This document shows positions 1-14,426 of a DNA stretch of 64,000 bases, piece by piece. Under the pieces are notes generated by a model. The model was given only the letters and a program-made list of their open reading frames with translations, made no database searches and had not been told where the DNA came from. The first letter of the stretch is position 1, and every line of letters begins with the position of its first letter. Position numbers and translations under genes: made by a program. This stretch comes from Paraspadella gotoi (Eukaryota > Animalia > Chaetognatha): assembly GCA_051294375.1 (NCBI GenBank), contig CM119266.1, positions 23,752,146 through 23,816,145 on the forward strand. Direction: 5' to 3'.

Positions 1-707
1 AATTTTCCCGCCAGACTCTCTTCGTCCGACGCCCGTTTCCCCCGAAACTCGAATTTCTTCATAATTTATTTTGTTTACAAATAAATGACGCATTTGCGCT
101 TCCGGAAAATTTGAGGAGCTGTCTTGTGGAGGCATGAAAATAAACTTTGCCCGAATTCAAAACTAAGTTTTTATTCTTTAGGGTCCGTTCAGAAATGTTA
201 TCTCTTTATTGCGTAACAATCCTAGGTCTTAAAAACATCTAAACTCAAATAGCAAATCCAAAGTCAGGGGCAATATAGCTTATTTATTAAATGAATTGAT
301 ACTTTTTATATTGGTTGCACCAATTTTATAACCCAAAATAATGATTGAATTTTGGCGCAAGCTGTCTTGAAATTATTACTCCTCTCAAAAAATAGACGAT
401 CGAATGAATTGAGGGTTTTTTTCCGGTATCGAGATTTTTCGAGTTTTTGGAGAGGCTCGTCGAAACGAGGCCGACGAGAAACCTTTACCATATCTCTTTT
501 CATGTTATTAGCGGCATTAAATTTCTATGCCAAGAATAGAGAGAGAGAGGAGAGAGAGAGACGCAGAAGAACGAGAGAGCAAGAGAGAGAGAGAGAGAGA
601 GAGAGGCGAAGACAGTAGAGGTAGGAGGAGTCCGAAATAGAATCGGAGTGATTTGACTGTTCAACCGGCGCTGGACCTCTTGTGATTTAGAGAGAGAGAG
701 GAGAGAG

Positions 708-744
<37 letters not shown>

Positions 745-1709
745 GCCGTAAATTGGCGAGATTCTATTGCGGGTGTTTGTGACGTTGAAAATCGCGACGT
801 GATTCATGATTGTTACAGAAGGCAGGGTCTGATTTATTTTAATAAAGGTTCGGACTATTGTTGGCATCGGACCCTTTCAGTATAGTTAAAAGTTAAGACT
901 ACGTTATAGAATAGAACATTATTTAATCTTTCGGCTCAAGTAAAAAGGGTTGTAATTCGCTATCATTTTTTTGCAAGTTGATCATTTTCAATTAAGCGAG
1001 TTGAAAGAAGTTACATTTATAGACGTTCAGGTAATTAGAGTTACAGTAATTTTTTTTCACATAAACTTTTCCGTCAGTCGTGTTCAAAAAAGAAAACAAA
1101 TATAACGAAAGCAAAGCTAGCAGATGAATTACAAATACTTGATGATATCGTTGATGAGAAATATAAAAATAATAAACCAATTATTTTTCTAATAAAATGT
1201 TGCTCATATTATGACATAAAATCGACCAAATTGCTTGAGAACTGTATCCCCTTAATTTTAGCTTCTTTCACCTTTGCTTTCACAGTCTGTGTCGTCCTTT
1301 TAATCGATATCGTGATGATTAGAACCAAAGTATTTTCTCATGTCCTCTTTTTTTCTCTGTTTCTTTTACTGGTCACTTTCGCCCTCACCATTAAAGACTC
1401 TTCGGTCTCACGGGTTTAAAAGCGGCGACGAAATATATCGATCCAAAGGCGAAAATCTCCCAGCCCAAACTTACCTTCGCATTTGTCGTTCGGAACTTCG
1501 CACGAGTCGCCAATCGCTCATAAAGCAAACGTCAAGGCAAATCTGCACAAATTCCCAATTCAAAAAATAGTACAATTTAATTTCAAAGTAGCGCTTTAAA
1601 CGATTCAACGTTTCACTATCTCTCCGTTTAAATTTTATAATAAAAACAAACAAAAAAAAACAAAACCGAATCGTTCCTCTTTCAACTTTCGTTTTCCCCC
1701 CAACGAAAC

Positions 1710-4700
1710 ATGGACGTTGTCCAAGTCGCCCGAGACTTCCCTCCCGCCCAATACATCGCCGCCGTCGATGGCTTCCGCTCCGATTCATCTTCCTCCGGTC
1801 GTGACTCTGTCTCCCCCTCTCCGGGATCCTCTCCCGACTCTTCTACCGATTCCTCCCTCTCTTCTCTCTCTTCTCCCTCTCTCAACCCCCGACGCGCCAC
1901 CAAGCTCTTCCTCGGCGGTCTCAACCGGGTCACGACATCTCGCAACGTCTACGATTACTTCTCGGCGTTCGGCGGCGTCCGCCAAGCCGTCGTCAAGGAG
2001 GATGCTGCCACGAAGAAGTCGAGAGGCTTCGGGTTCGTCGAATTTGCCAGCGTCGATTCCGTGCAACGGGTCTTCGAGTCCGCGCCGCACTTTTTGCAGG
2101 TTCTGGGGGATCTTTTTCTGATTGGGGCAATGTTTGAAGGTTGAAATGTGGCTTTATCATAGCTCTATTTGATAACAATTTTTCCTGAACATTTTATAAC
2201 AAATATTCAAATATGATTTTTGCCCAAATTGTTTTACAAATTTTTCTCTCACTTCAGCTTAAATGCAGCAGTTTATTCAATTGATTCTTATGTATTTGAA
2301 TTTGAAAACTCCAGGACAAAATGATCACCTGCCGCGTGGCTCTCCCTCGAGGCGACTCTGAGCTCCGCCCGGCCAAACCTCGAAAGCTCTTCATCGGAGG
2401 ACTTCCTCAAGGCGTCCACGAATCGGAAGTCCGCGCCGCTTTCGAGCCTTTCGGCATTGTGGAGTCCGTGCAGATCATGTACGACCCGAGTTCCATCCCC
2501 ACCCCAGACGCTCCGCAGCGACACCGCGGTTTCGCCTTTCTTCTTTTCGTCGAGGGCGACGACGCGGAGCGCGTCGTGCAGCGGCGCTACTTTTTCGTCG
2601 CCGATCGGCTCGTGGAGGCCAAGCCGGCGGCTCCACGAGACGCTACTGGGTTCGTGAATTATAAGTTACGATTAGTAACCCTTTATTCATTAATTTAATT
2701 ATTGATTTAATTCATTTTATTATTAATTAAGACTTTTAAAAAAATTCAAAGAGGCACTCCTTATTCTATTATAATTTCTTAACATTTAAACGCAAAAAAA
2801 AAAAACCCAAACTAATTCAAGGATCAGTGCGACTCCGCCTACCTTCTCCATCAACTCGACCCTCCTCGTTTCCGATCTTCCCCATCACATTGACGAATAC
2901 AGCCTCTACAGCATTTTCGGCGCCTTCGGTCGCGTCGAGGAGGTCAAGGTGCTGCGCGACGACCCCGAAGCGACGGGCACGCGCCATCGCGGCTACGCCC
3001 TCATCACTTACGCCCGCGCCGAAGATGCATTGGCGCTGAGGAAGAGAAAAGAGCCTCTGTTGGTGGAGGATCGAACGGTGGCGCTGAGATTCGCCGAGGA
3101 GCCAAAGGTGGTGGGAATTGGTGATTTATATGGATAATATTTGACAGATTTATTTATACCTAATTTAAGTAAATGCGTCTAATCAAATTTGATTCAGTTT
3201 ATTTTAATTTAATTGCGTCTCAAGATCTGAAAAGAAAACAGAGCAAACAAATAATTACGGGAATGGTTGCAGAAATATCTTATGTCAACAATAAACGTGA
3301 ACAAGAAAAGAAAATAAAAAAGAAAAAGAGATCGGGAGACTAAGTCAAGATTGTACATTATTTATTGTTTTGGCCACTCGAATTGACTTCAACCATGAAG
3401 ATGACCTTAGCCACAAAGATGACGAGGATCACAAAATTGTCCATGAATTTAAAAAATATGTATTCTACGGTAATAAGGCATTATTGTTAAAAATTACGTG
3501 AATTCTATTCTTTAACTTCCTTCTCCCCCTAGGACGTGGAAGCGTCCCTCGAAGCCATGAAGACTCGTTCCTCTTCCTTCTCTTCCGACCGGAATTCTTT
3601 CTCTTCCGCCGACGACGCTTTCCACAGCGACGACGACCTCTGCGATTGTCCCTTCTGCGGGAACGACGCTTCCCGCTGCTGCTCCGACGACTGCACGCGA
3701 CCTTTGCCTACGACGCCGCCGCAATTCAACGGACCCGTTCCCGTGCAGCCAGGGCGACCGCCAAATCCATCGCCTCCTTACCTTTATCCACAACACGAAC
3801 CTCTTCAGTCTTATCGGGTATCTCTCCCTCATTTATCGCCCTTTTGTCCGCCGGCGTCGCCTTTCTCCTCTCGGCCAAACACCCCGGCGTACTTTGGCCC
3901 TCCTATCCCGGTCAACCCTATTCCAACTTGTGCCATCCCTTGTCCGTCCTTAACGCCGCGGCCAGGCTTAGTTCCCCGTAATTCCACGCTGCCCGCCAAC
4001 CCACCCTTGATCGATTTGCCGCCCCGGTTGTCCGAGCGTGCCCCCGCCCCTCCAAATTGCACCGTCCACCCTCACGTAGTCGGTCCGGTGCCCGCCGCCG
4101 TCGACCCTTCTCTACATCTCCACAACCACTGGCTGAAGATGTACGAGATGTGGCGTCGGGAGCAGGAATGGCGACGACAGCAAGAGTGGCTGCAGGAGCA
4201 CGATAGTCGGCGACACATGGAGGTCATGCGTCGGCAGGAGAAGCTTCGCCAGGAGCAGGAAAAGCGTCAGAAGAGAGAACAAGATTTCCAGACGAACCTT
4301 CGCAGTTTATTCTCCATGCTCGACACGCCGGTGCCGGCCGCGTCATCGTCGCCTTCGTCTCCACCGTCGTCGCTGTCTTCGGCGACGAACATCCACATTC
4401 AAACTGTGGTGCTGCCTATGGAGGACGGTCAGGCGTTGCTGTCATCCCTTGACGCCGCCAAAGTGGAATTGCCACCGCCATGTGACTTCCAGGGAGCGTC
4501 AACTATGGCAGAATCTCCGCTACAGCTGCCGACGCTGGACGAAACGCAGATGGTGCTTTCCACCTTGGAGAGAGGCGTGGGTGAGGAAAACTGCGACCAA
4601 ACCGAAGTCGTCGGTCCCGTCGAGTCGCCCGTCCGCTCGGAATCCTGCAAGAGCGAAGAGAAGCCGTCTCTCTTCGAAATCTTCCAATCCAGCGACGAAG

Positions 4701-4738
4701 GGCTCTCTTCCCAATCCGCCAACGAGATTGAGACCTGA
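1710..4738 (+). CDS. RNA-binding protein with three RRM domains (Musashi/DAZAP1/hnRNP A/B-like N-terminus) and a long Pro-rich/coiled-coil C-terminal tail, about 738 aa, 4 exons
   Basis: Exons 1710-2099, 2315-2649, 2822-3107 and 3533-4738 join in frame through GT..AG introns (phases 0, 2, 0). RNP2/RNP1 pairs: KLFLGGL/RGFGFVEF, KLFIGGL/RGFAFLLF, TLLVSDL/RGYALITY. Exons are GC-rich and introns AT-rich. Confidence 0.88.
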
Positions 4739-6320
4739 GAAGCGATCGAGAGATAATTTTGCCTCGCCGTGATTCTTTTAACCCGTTTTAATTGCGTTGT
4801 CTTGCAATTTACAAGACAGAATCAGTCATTTTTACCACTCATTGTTTTTAATTAATTTGCTCTCGTGTCTCTCTAATCAATATTACGTGATATTCCGAGA
4901 TGGCCTCACTCTTTCGTTTTATTTAATTCACCTTGTACTATCAAATCAATTTTAACAACTTTCTCGAGACCGAATGTGATCGAAATGTATTAGTTATATT
5001 TTTAGCGTGTTCAACTTTTTTAATTCATGAATTTTAGTTTTTATTCCTCACGAATTCTTTTCGCGTTAGCTCAAGTATTTTCTTCGGAAATTAAACTCGG
5101 AAGCTTTTAATTCATCGTATTTAAATATAAACCTAAAAAAAGTAGGAAAAAAATTGAGAGCAACTCTCGCATGGGGTTTGTGCCTCTGGCCGAGCCTTCC
5201 TCGATAATGATTATGGTCATACCGGAGGATCTTCTTTATGACATCCTGCGAGTTTTATGGTGGTCCCAACAAAAAAAAAATCAACGCGTCCCATTCCCTT
5301 TTTCTTTTATTCTCTCTTTCTCCCAACGAACGCTGTCCGACCGAAAGAGGGAAGGTCTCTCTCTCTCTCTCTCTCTCCACAAAGGGAAACGACTTCATCA
5401 AAAGTCTCGATTCGCCCCGAGAACGAAAATAATATTTTTATCTTTTTTTTTTTGTTCCTTCGAAGTTGATGACCGACGCTGACGAGTCCCGCCTTCTCAT
5501 TTCCTGTCCTCGTTAACGTCAGCGTCTTTGTTCTCGTCCCCGTCATCTTTTGGGCTTCGACGACAACTAATCCCGGAGAGAGAGAGAGAGAGAGAAAGAG
5601 CGAAATAAAAAATCGCGTGACCCGGGAATCCAGAGTAAGTCCTTCCACTTTTTTGATTGAAAGGAAAAAAATTCTGGCTCCATATCGCACTATGCATGAC
5701 TCTGGTTTACGTATTTTCAGATAATGTTAATAAGAGAAAATTTGTTTTGAAACGTTAGTGAGCAGTTTATATTGTCAGTCCCTTTTTTGTATTTTGTTAC
5801 GTCTTTTTTTTTCGAAGCTTCTCGCAAGAAACATTAGATGGCAGCAGCGACCACTGATGGCTGCGCCGTCGGATCAGAACGCCCCCCGGCAAAATGGATC
5901 GACCAAAAATTGGAACAGTCGAGAAAGATCGAGCTAGTTCGAAAACAATCTTATCTTATTGTCATTCAAAACTTCTTAATTAGTAAAGTCGCATATCTTA
6001 GTCAAAGTTATAAAGACTAGTTATAAATTATTCTATTATATATATAATATATATATATTATATATTATATATATATCTGTTTGGATTTATCGTATTTTCC
6101 GGTTAAGGATTGTGAGACCATCGTTCTAAAAATCCCCAATCTGCTTAAAAATATACAGAATACGCCTTTCTAGTGAAGATCGAGGCTTTTACTATCTCTA
6201 AAATATTTTTATGCTAATTTTTTTTCTCATGAGAACAGCGTTTTTTGTTTTAATTTTTTTTCCTGACGCTGAAATCTACCCTGAGGTTTGTTTTTCTCAG
6301 TCACCATCTATTTTCCTCCG

Positions 6321-6364
<44 letters not shown>

Positions 6365-6902
6365 ATTTCTTGATCTTTTCTCCTGACTTTTCTCGCCCTC
6401 GTTCTGTCCTTCCGCCCCATTTCACGTCTTCATTCCAATTTCCCGCTTTTTCGAATATCAAAAGCAGCGCCGGCGTCCTCTTCGTCGTCTTTTCCGGCGT
6501 TGTCGTCGTCGTCGTCGTCCGTCACGTCTTCTTTCGAATTTGTTTTATTGTGCCGTCCTTTGTAATCCACGTTTATATCTTAGAGATTTTTATAATACGT
6601 CTCTTATATTTCTAAATCAGTACCTTGTGCAACGCCTTTAGTTCTGGAAAAATGTTTACTTTTCAACGCATCAATTATTAAAAATTCGTCGCAAAATTCT
6701 CGCTTATTTTTCAATTTTCATAACAATGCTGATCATGGCACCTTTTTCTCAAAAACTACAATATGCTAATGAGTTTAAGAAACTTTCGCGAGCGAAGCTC
6801 TTTTTTTTTTCCTCTTTAAACTATAAAACTGTTATGATGATGAAGACGACGTCGGTGATGACGCCGACGAACCTCACCAGAACGACTGATTTCTTTTCAG
6901 GG

Positions 6903-6951
<49 letters not shown>

Positions 6952-7822
6952 CTTTCTCTTTCCCACTTTTGGTTCGAGTCAATGGTTTGTGAAAAGCAAA
7001 TGGTCTTCTCGCCTCCACGGCTCCGAAGGGCGAGAGGAGGGGTGTTGGAAAGAGAGTGGCGAAAGCGGTGAATCGGAGGTGGCAGTGAAAAAGGGTGTTG
7101 TCTGGAAAATGATGTTGTAGTAGTTAAATATTTTGGGAGTGGGTGCTGTCGGTGTCATCAGTAAAAATATTACGATAGCCGTTGTCGTTTACAACGTATA
7201 TGTTATCCTAGTGTCAAGTTCTTCCCGCGACTACAGTCCAGCAGTGGTTCTCGGCTGTGGTGTCGTCGCGAGAGACTGAGTCCGCGACGTTGTCAAAGGT
7301 GCGTTCTGAGGCGGACGAGACTAGCGGGACTCAAAGACGAAATCAGGAAAGAACGATCTCTCGTTTTTGTATTGAACAACGAAAGATCCAAATGAGACGA
7401 CGACTGGGTTATGAAATATAATAAATATATATGAAATAGAATTGTAAAAGTTATAAAAGTTATAAAAGACTATGTTACTATGTTACTATGTACGTAGCTC
7501 AGGAATGAGAAACATAAACAAAGAAACGAAGAGATTTTTTTTTTATAAAATAAACTATTAAAAAAAATTATGTGATAAATCGTCTATTTGAACCTTAAAA
7601 ATTTCAATCGGTGAATTATTTCATAATTCGGCGCTAAAACTTCGAGAAAAGAGCAACGCTTCTCTCGCCGCCTTCGATTTACGCGTTTTTTAAAGCTCCT
7701 AACAAATTTGTTAAAATCTCGTAAAACCCGAACGGAGAGTCGTAATCTTGTCAGAACAGAGGAAAGAAGGAGGAGACCATTTTTTCGTTTGGCGTTTTAA
7801 CTACGCACTAACGCGGCAACTT

Positions 7823-7894
<72 letters not shown>

Positions 7895-10660
7895 GGGGTG
7901 GAGCAGAAAAGGAAGGAGAGAGAACGAGAAGAATGGAAGGACACGTGCGTAAAAAGCGAAGAACATCTCGTTAAGGCCTGGGATCACTGGCCAAAGTTAT
8001 AATTAGGGATTAAATTAAAGCTTGTATGTCGGAAAGTGGAGGTCCAGGTTGATCTGAAGTATCACTTATCTTCTCTTCCGAATCCATTGCTGTTTTTCGA
8101 ATTTTATAATACTATATAGAATAAAAGAACCTTTCGGAAGGAGTTGCGAGGCCCAAACGGTAAGGGTTTTTTATGAAATTTACATAAATTTATTGAGGAC
8201 AAGTGGTCCAATTCTATGGAGAGGGATTTTTCAAATTCACTTATCTTCATAGGAAAAAAAAAAGGGAATAAAAAATTTTAGATTAAATTCTAATATTCTT
8301 GAAAACTAGTAACATTTTTCCAAAATCCCTCTCATAGAATTTCTCCCACCTTTTCCATTACTATTAAAAAATAATTTTAGTTTATTTTTATTTCAAACCG
8401 TTTTTAGCTCCAACTCTTTTTGTTATTTATTTTTTATTTTTTATTTTTTTTCTGTAGATTTTACAGAACTGAAAGTCGAGCAAAGAACTCTTTAAAATCG
8501 ATACGTTTTCCAAATCTTTTTCATTTTCTGTTTAAATGATGGCTTTTACCGATCTTAAAGTTTTATCAAATTTTTGACAATTTTTTTATTACAACAAATT
8601 GGCTGTGGCTGGGGAAAGAGTCAGTAAACAAGGAGGAATGCTGCAATAGTGTTTATTATTTTTTTTCTCAGTCTTCGGTCAAGCTTTATGCCAGTTTTGA
8701 AGCATTGGGAACAGAAATAATTTCATAAGCAGAGCATCGAGGATGGTCCGTCTGTGGAATCTGTAGCAGTTCTATGCACCATTGGGTTGTTTTTCAAAGT
8801 GGACCCAAACTTCATTTTGCCAGTGGACGATGTTCTTTGAATTTACAATTTTACAATTTTTAATCATTTTTTTTGTAATAAAATGATAATAGACATCCTG
8901 ATATAAGCGTTCTGCCTCTCTCTCTACTAAACGTTTATGTTTCATCATTAATTGATTCTATAACATAATTGGAATGACTTTGGTTAGTTGTTAGTTTACC
9001 ACTGAGGTAGGTGCTGTTAATGAAAAAAAAAATAAAAAAATTGCGTTTAAAAAGGACTTACTGTTGGATTGAATTTTTAAGTTTACTGATAAAAAAATTG
9101 CCGATTTTTAGTTGCCTCTTGAAGCTGAAACCTTATCAAATTTTAGATTTTTTTTTTTTTGAAACGTGAGGGAATACACTTCACTTCTCTNNNNNNNNNN
9201 NNNNNNNNNNNNNNNGAGAGAGAGAGAGAGAGGGTTAATGACCGACGAGAAGTCCTTTCCTCGATTTAAGTGATAAAAGTCGCGGAGTCTGAGATTAAAA
9301 ACGAATATAAATTGAAAGGCGGCGAATAAAAAAAANNNNNNNNNNNNNNNNNNNNNNNNNNNNNNNNNNNNNNNNNNNNNNNNNNNNNNNNNNNNNNNNN
9401 NNNNNNNNNNNNNNNNNNNNNNNNNNNNNNNNNNNNNNNNNNNNNNNNNNNNNNNNNNNNNNNNNNNNNNNNNNNNNNNNNNNNNNNNNNNNNNNNNNNN
9501 NNNNNNNNNNNNNNNNNNNNNNNNNNNNNNNNNNNNNNNNNNNNNNNNNNNNNNNNNNNNNNNNNNNNNNNNNNNNNNNNNNNNNNNNNNNNNNNNNNNN
9601 NNNNNNNNNNNNNNNNNNNNNNNNNNNNNNNNNNNNNNNNNNNNNNNNNNNNNAAAAAAATTATTAAATTAAGACTCCGAGAGGGCCAATAATTTTTTAA
9701 AAGTTTAAGACAGAGCTGCAACTGTGTATTTCTGTTTTCATTTCGTAACCACGCTTACCTTTTATCTTAATAGTTTAAGCTACTCTGAACAAGTGAGAGA
9801 GAGGAGAGGAGAGGAGAGAGAAGAGGAGGGGGGGAGACGAGTAGAGAAGACGAGAGAGGAGACGGGAGGGGGAGGAGGAGGAGAGGAGAGAGGAGAGGGA
9901 CGAGACGGAAGGACGAGAGCACGGGGAGAGAGAGGGCATTGACAAAAAATTAACCGTCTCATATACTGAAAAAGTTAGCCTTCATGCTTCATCTATGGGA
10001 GACGAAGGAAGCGTTGCCAAAGTTGAACGTGGAGCGCGCGGTGTGAGGTTGAGAGCAGATTTAATTGGAAGGGGGGGTTTTTTTATCGGCCGGGTGGCAG
10101 GAATTCTCTGATATTTGACCCGAAAGCCGAGCGCTGACACGCGAAAAATGGGCGGAGGAAGAGAGAGAGAGAGAGAGAAGAGAGAGAAGAGAGAGAGACG
10201 AGAGACGAGAGGAGACGGAGAGAGAGGGGGAAGAGAGAGAGAGAGGAGGATGAGAAAGCACGACAGAAAGCCGGAAAGCACGAGACTCTCAGCGCACGCT
10301 CGCACATAACGACTTCTCATTGCTTTCCATCGCAGGTTCGCGCCCTTTTCCTCCTCTCCTTTGGGGGGGGGGGATTGTGAATGGAAGCCTGAAAAAAGAA
10401 AGAAGAGAACAACTGAGAAATTTCGAGGGGTAGAAAATTTGAGAGATATTGACCGGCAAGTCAATTTTATGTGAGTGTGAAAATGGGTATAACAATTTAT
10501 GAATATTTGTTTTAAAAATATGTAAAATTTTACGAAATATATGTAATAATAAAGTATAATATTTTACTATTAAAAATACGAAACAAAAATCTTTTTTTAC
10601 GCGTGAAAGGAAGCGCCTGTTGTTGTTGGGTGATACCGTTATTACTCCACTCCATTTGTT

Positions 10661-10700
<40 letters not shown>

Positions 10701-11227
10701 CATAAAACCCGCAATAGTAATTTTCTAAATTGTTGTTTTATGCAACAGAAAATTACTCACTCTCTCCCAGTGGAGCGGCGATGACAACCATTCTCTCGAC
10801 GCGATGACGGAGAAACGATGAGGGAAAAACTTTGTTATTAAACTTTTTTTCTCTACATTTTTTTAATATAACTTTTCTGATCGCGAATCGTTGAGGGTTA
10901 GCGGTTGTTCCGAGAAAAAAAAAAGTTTAAGTAATAGTCATTGGGAGAGTGTGTTTTCGTTTCAGCTTCTCTCTTGATTTTATAACATCTTTAAAAAATC
11001 TCAAACAAAATTATTTAGGACATTATGTTTTAAAATAACAAAACCTAATTTAAATTTTCAACTCGAATGAAATAAAAAAGAAATTCAATTTATTTCATGA
11101 AAAAAAAAGAGGCGTCGCATCGGTTCTAAAAAGTTGCGAGGCGAAAAACTCGCTGGAATTGCCTCATTCGTCTAAATTCCAATAAATTTGGGGAGAGAGG
11201 GAGAGAGAGAGAGAGAGGAGGACGGAT

Positions 11228-11267
<40 letters not shown>

Positions 11268-11598
11268 AATTTCAATTTGTTTCCCCAAATAGAGAATGGG
11301 GAAGAATCTCAAAGGTTTGCCGCATCGTTAGATGCAACCGGGTTAGGTGATACAATTACGAAGGATTAATTCTTTAACTTCACTCTATAGAATTACAAAG
11401 TCTTCCGAATGCTAAAGTGACAGATGAAACAGATGCAGGACTTAGTATATTTTAAACGACCTACTCACTGCTTTTCTCAAAAAACGGGAAAAAAAAGAAT
11501 GGTACTTGGATTAAGATGAAATTTATTCACCTCACCTCGTTCATTCATATTTGATTTTCCCTTGTATCGACCCGAAACACTGTTCGACCCCTTTTCCC

Positions 11599-13557
11599 TC
11601 AACCACTCTCTTCCCACTTCCGGGTCACTTTGTTCCAACCCCTCGTCCGCCGGCGCAGCCCCCTCGAGAACACGATGCCCGGCTCCGCGTTGCCCGGAAG
11701 CGGATGATTCCCTGGGAACTTGCGCTGCTGCTTCAACACCTTGGCGTCGTCCACTTCCTTCATCGGAATGCCGAACTGAATCAACAACCCGGGGATGTCG
11801 AGAGTGGCCCGTCGGCCGTCCGACCGAGGCGGCGCGTTCCGCCCGCCCGGTGCATTGGAGATATTGACATTCTCCGAGTGGGAAATGTGGGTTAAAGATT
11901 CTTGCGAGTCATTTGACTGCAATTTAACGAAGGAAGCTGGAAGAGGTTCTTCCCTCGAGAGTATCCGCCTACTGGGTTTGATGTCGATAGATCCAGCGCT
12001 CTCGCTGTCTTCGCTCCCCTTGCGTCGGTTCGCGTTGTCTTCCACAGTCAGCGATTGCTTCGGCTTTTCGTCGCTCTCCAACAAAGGCGCCCAGCTGACG
12101 ATCCTCTTGCCGTCCAATCTCAAGGATCTTTTGGGCGATATACGCGGCGCCAACCCATCGGCATCGTCGGCGCTACGTAACGTGCCTTCCTCGAGGTGTT
12201 GGCTAAGGGATGGAATCGGAGTGTCCGAGACGGAGTGAGATTGTGATTGCAAAATGCCCTCGACCGCGGAGCCGGCCGCCGCTCCGGACTCCTTCCCTGA
12301 GCTTTTCGCCGCTGCTCTGTTGTCAGTCTCGAGAGCGTCACGGAAATTTTTGGAGGATCCCTTTGCATTCTCGTCAATGATACTGAAAAAGGTTTCGCGG
12401 GGCTCGGCGTTTGTGGCGGTGCCGGCGCCCGTCGCTTCTTTTTTATTTTCGACGAGGACGCTCTGCAATGGGTGGGTGAGAAGGTACTGTTCCTGGAGCG
12501 GCCTCTGATAGAAATAGGGTTTGGCGCTGTGGGCTTTGACGTGGACCTTAAATTGAAGGTAGAACTGTTTATAAAAATTTCTTGTAAAATACATGCTCAT
12601 TCATTTTCATGACGGGTAAATAAACCAATTTTATAATATTTAAATATTCAGAATTCATTGTTCTTTAGTTTTCAATCTCACTTGCGCCTCGACGTCGTTT
12701 AAAACGCCCACAGGGCGACGCCAGAGTCTTTGCTTCGGGTAGACGACGATGTAATTGTTTCTCATGTCGTTCTGCGTGAATCCGCATCTGAGCGGAAAAT
12801 AGGTGTTGTTGATGTAGATGTTTATGGAATTGATACGATCAATATAAAAATTATCCATTCAAGTGACGATGACAACAACAACAACAAACGATCAAAACAC
12901 GGACAACGACGATCAAGTTCACTGCCCGTTATTCGACCACCTGACCTTGGGTCACCTCACTCACTGAACATTGACCATTGTTTTCGCCCCTGACTTTGGA
13001 CAGGCTTTACTTTGTTAATTTGCCTGACTTTGTTACATCTTTATTCAAGATAATTATTCTTTTATAGCTTTCGTCAAATACTATACGTACTACCATCCCC
13101 ACTATAATAGATAAAGGACGATTCAAAAGTAGCCTCAGCAACCGTTTAATCTAACTAAAACACTTAATACGAATTTTTTACAAAATTTACAACAACGTCT
13201 TTGACAAAACTCGGTCGAGACCTGGCGAGGGCTTCGGCCTTGTCGTTCCCAAGGACGGGATAAGGATAAACGATCCTCATGGCTCCCGGTTTTGGTTCTC
13301 CGACGAAACCAGAGTTGGGAAGGATCATCCCGCCTCCCCATTGGTGAATCTGCCGGTAGTGAAAGTACGCTGAGGACGATCGATGAGGAGCGTGAGAGAG
13401 GGAGAGAAAGAGAGGGAGAGAGATTGACTTTCCTCACCAACAAATCCTGATCTTTGACGCTGCTGCCATACATGTAGGCGACATCTCTGAGCGGACGGTT
13501 CTCCTGCCGCTCGCGCTGCAGCGTCCGCAGCGACTTTCGCGGGCCTTTGCGCTGCAT
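11599..13557 (-). CDS. Uncharacterised 4-exon protein, about 435-440 aa
   Basis: Exons 13557-13438, 13349-13222, 12787-12682 and 12564 (or 12546)-11599 join in frame with GT..AG boundaries (phases 0, 2, 0): MQRKGPRK..DQDLL|IHQWGGG..EALAR|CGFTQND..DVEAQ|..VHVKAHS... The last exon is a GC-rich open frame of about 1 kb. No domain recognised; the termini are uncertain. Confidence 0.65.
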
Positions 13558-14250
13558 CTCCCGCGGTAGTGGGCGCGTATGAGGAGTTTTGGGGGGGATG
13601 TTCCAGCGAACGGAAGGAGAGAGTCGGATTGGAGGGGGAGAGGGCGTCGACCGAGCGAATCAGTCGGTCAGTCGGTCCCTCGAAGCTAAATCTATTCGAT
13701 CTTCTAACTCGATTTGAATCCCTACACGCGATTATTTATTTCAATTTTTAAAGGCTAAACGCAACTGAAGATCATTCCACTAAATACATTTGAAGTCGTA
13801 ACTAGATTCGCCTACAATCATATTTGCATATTTTACTTAAGTTTATTTTCCGAATAACCAATTTAAATTAATTCGCTATACATAACTGACAATTTTTTTG
13901 ACATGAATTTAAAACTAACATTTGGTTACTTTAACTCTTGGAGCTCCTCGATAAATATAAGTTTATCTCGATATCTCAGAGATCATGTTGGATAAGTAAT
14001 TGGTTCGAGTATAAAATCTATAAATCAATTAAATTTTTTTGCAATGCGACGGTGACAACTATTTAAAATAATGATTCATAAATGTTTTAGAATCCCTAAT
14101 CAGATTATTATAAACATCTTTTAAATGTGAGTTGTGTCGAAAAATCTTATCGAAATTTTCTAAATTTTCGGGAGAAACACAGGGAGTGAGCTTGAGATAG
14201 AGAAAAAACAAGAGAGAGAGGAGAGAGATGAGGAGAGAGAGAGAGAGAAT

Positions 14251-14301
<51 letters not shown>

Positions 14302-14395
14302 GAGAGTTGATTTTACTTGTGTCGACCACGGTGTTCCCTTTTGATCCCTCTTTTGGAAGTCCAAAACCCATTCTTTTTCATCGCTAGTCAGATAA

Positions 14396-14426
<31 letters not shown>

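Noticed and set aside
11292-11456. Two tiny + strand exon-like segments that could join in frame across a 44-nt intron
   Set aside because: No compatible upstream exon or start codon was found and the peptide is unremarkable; chance is likely.
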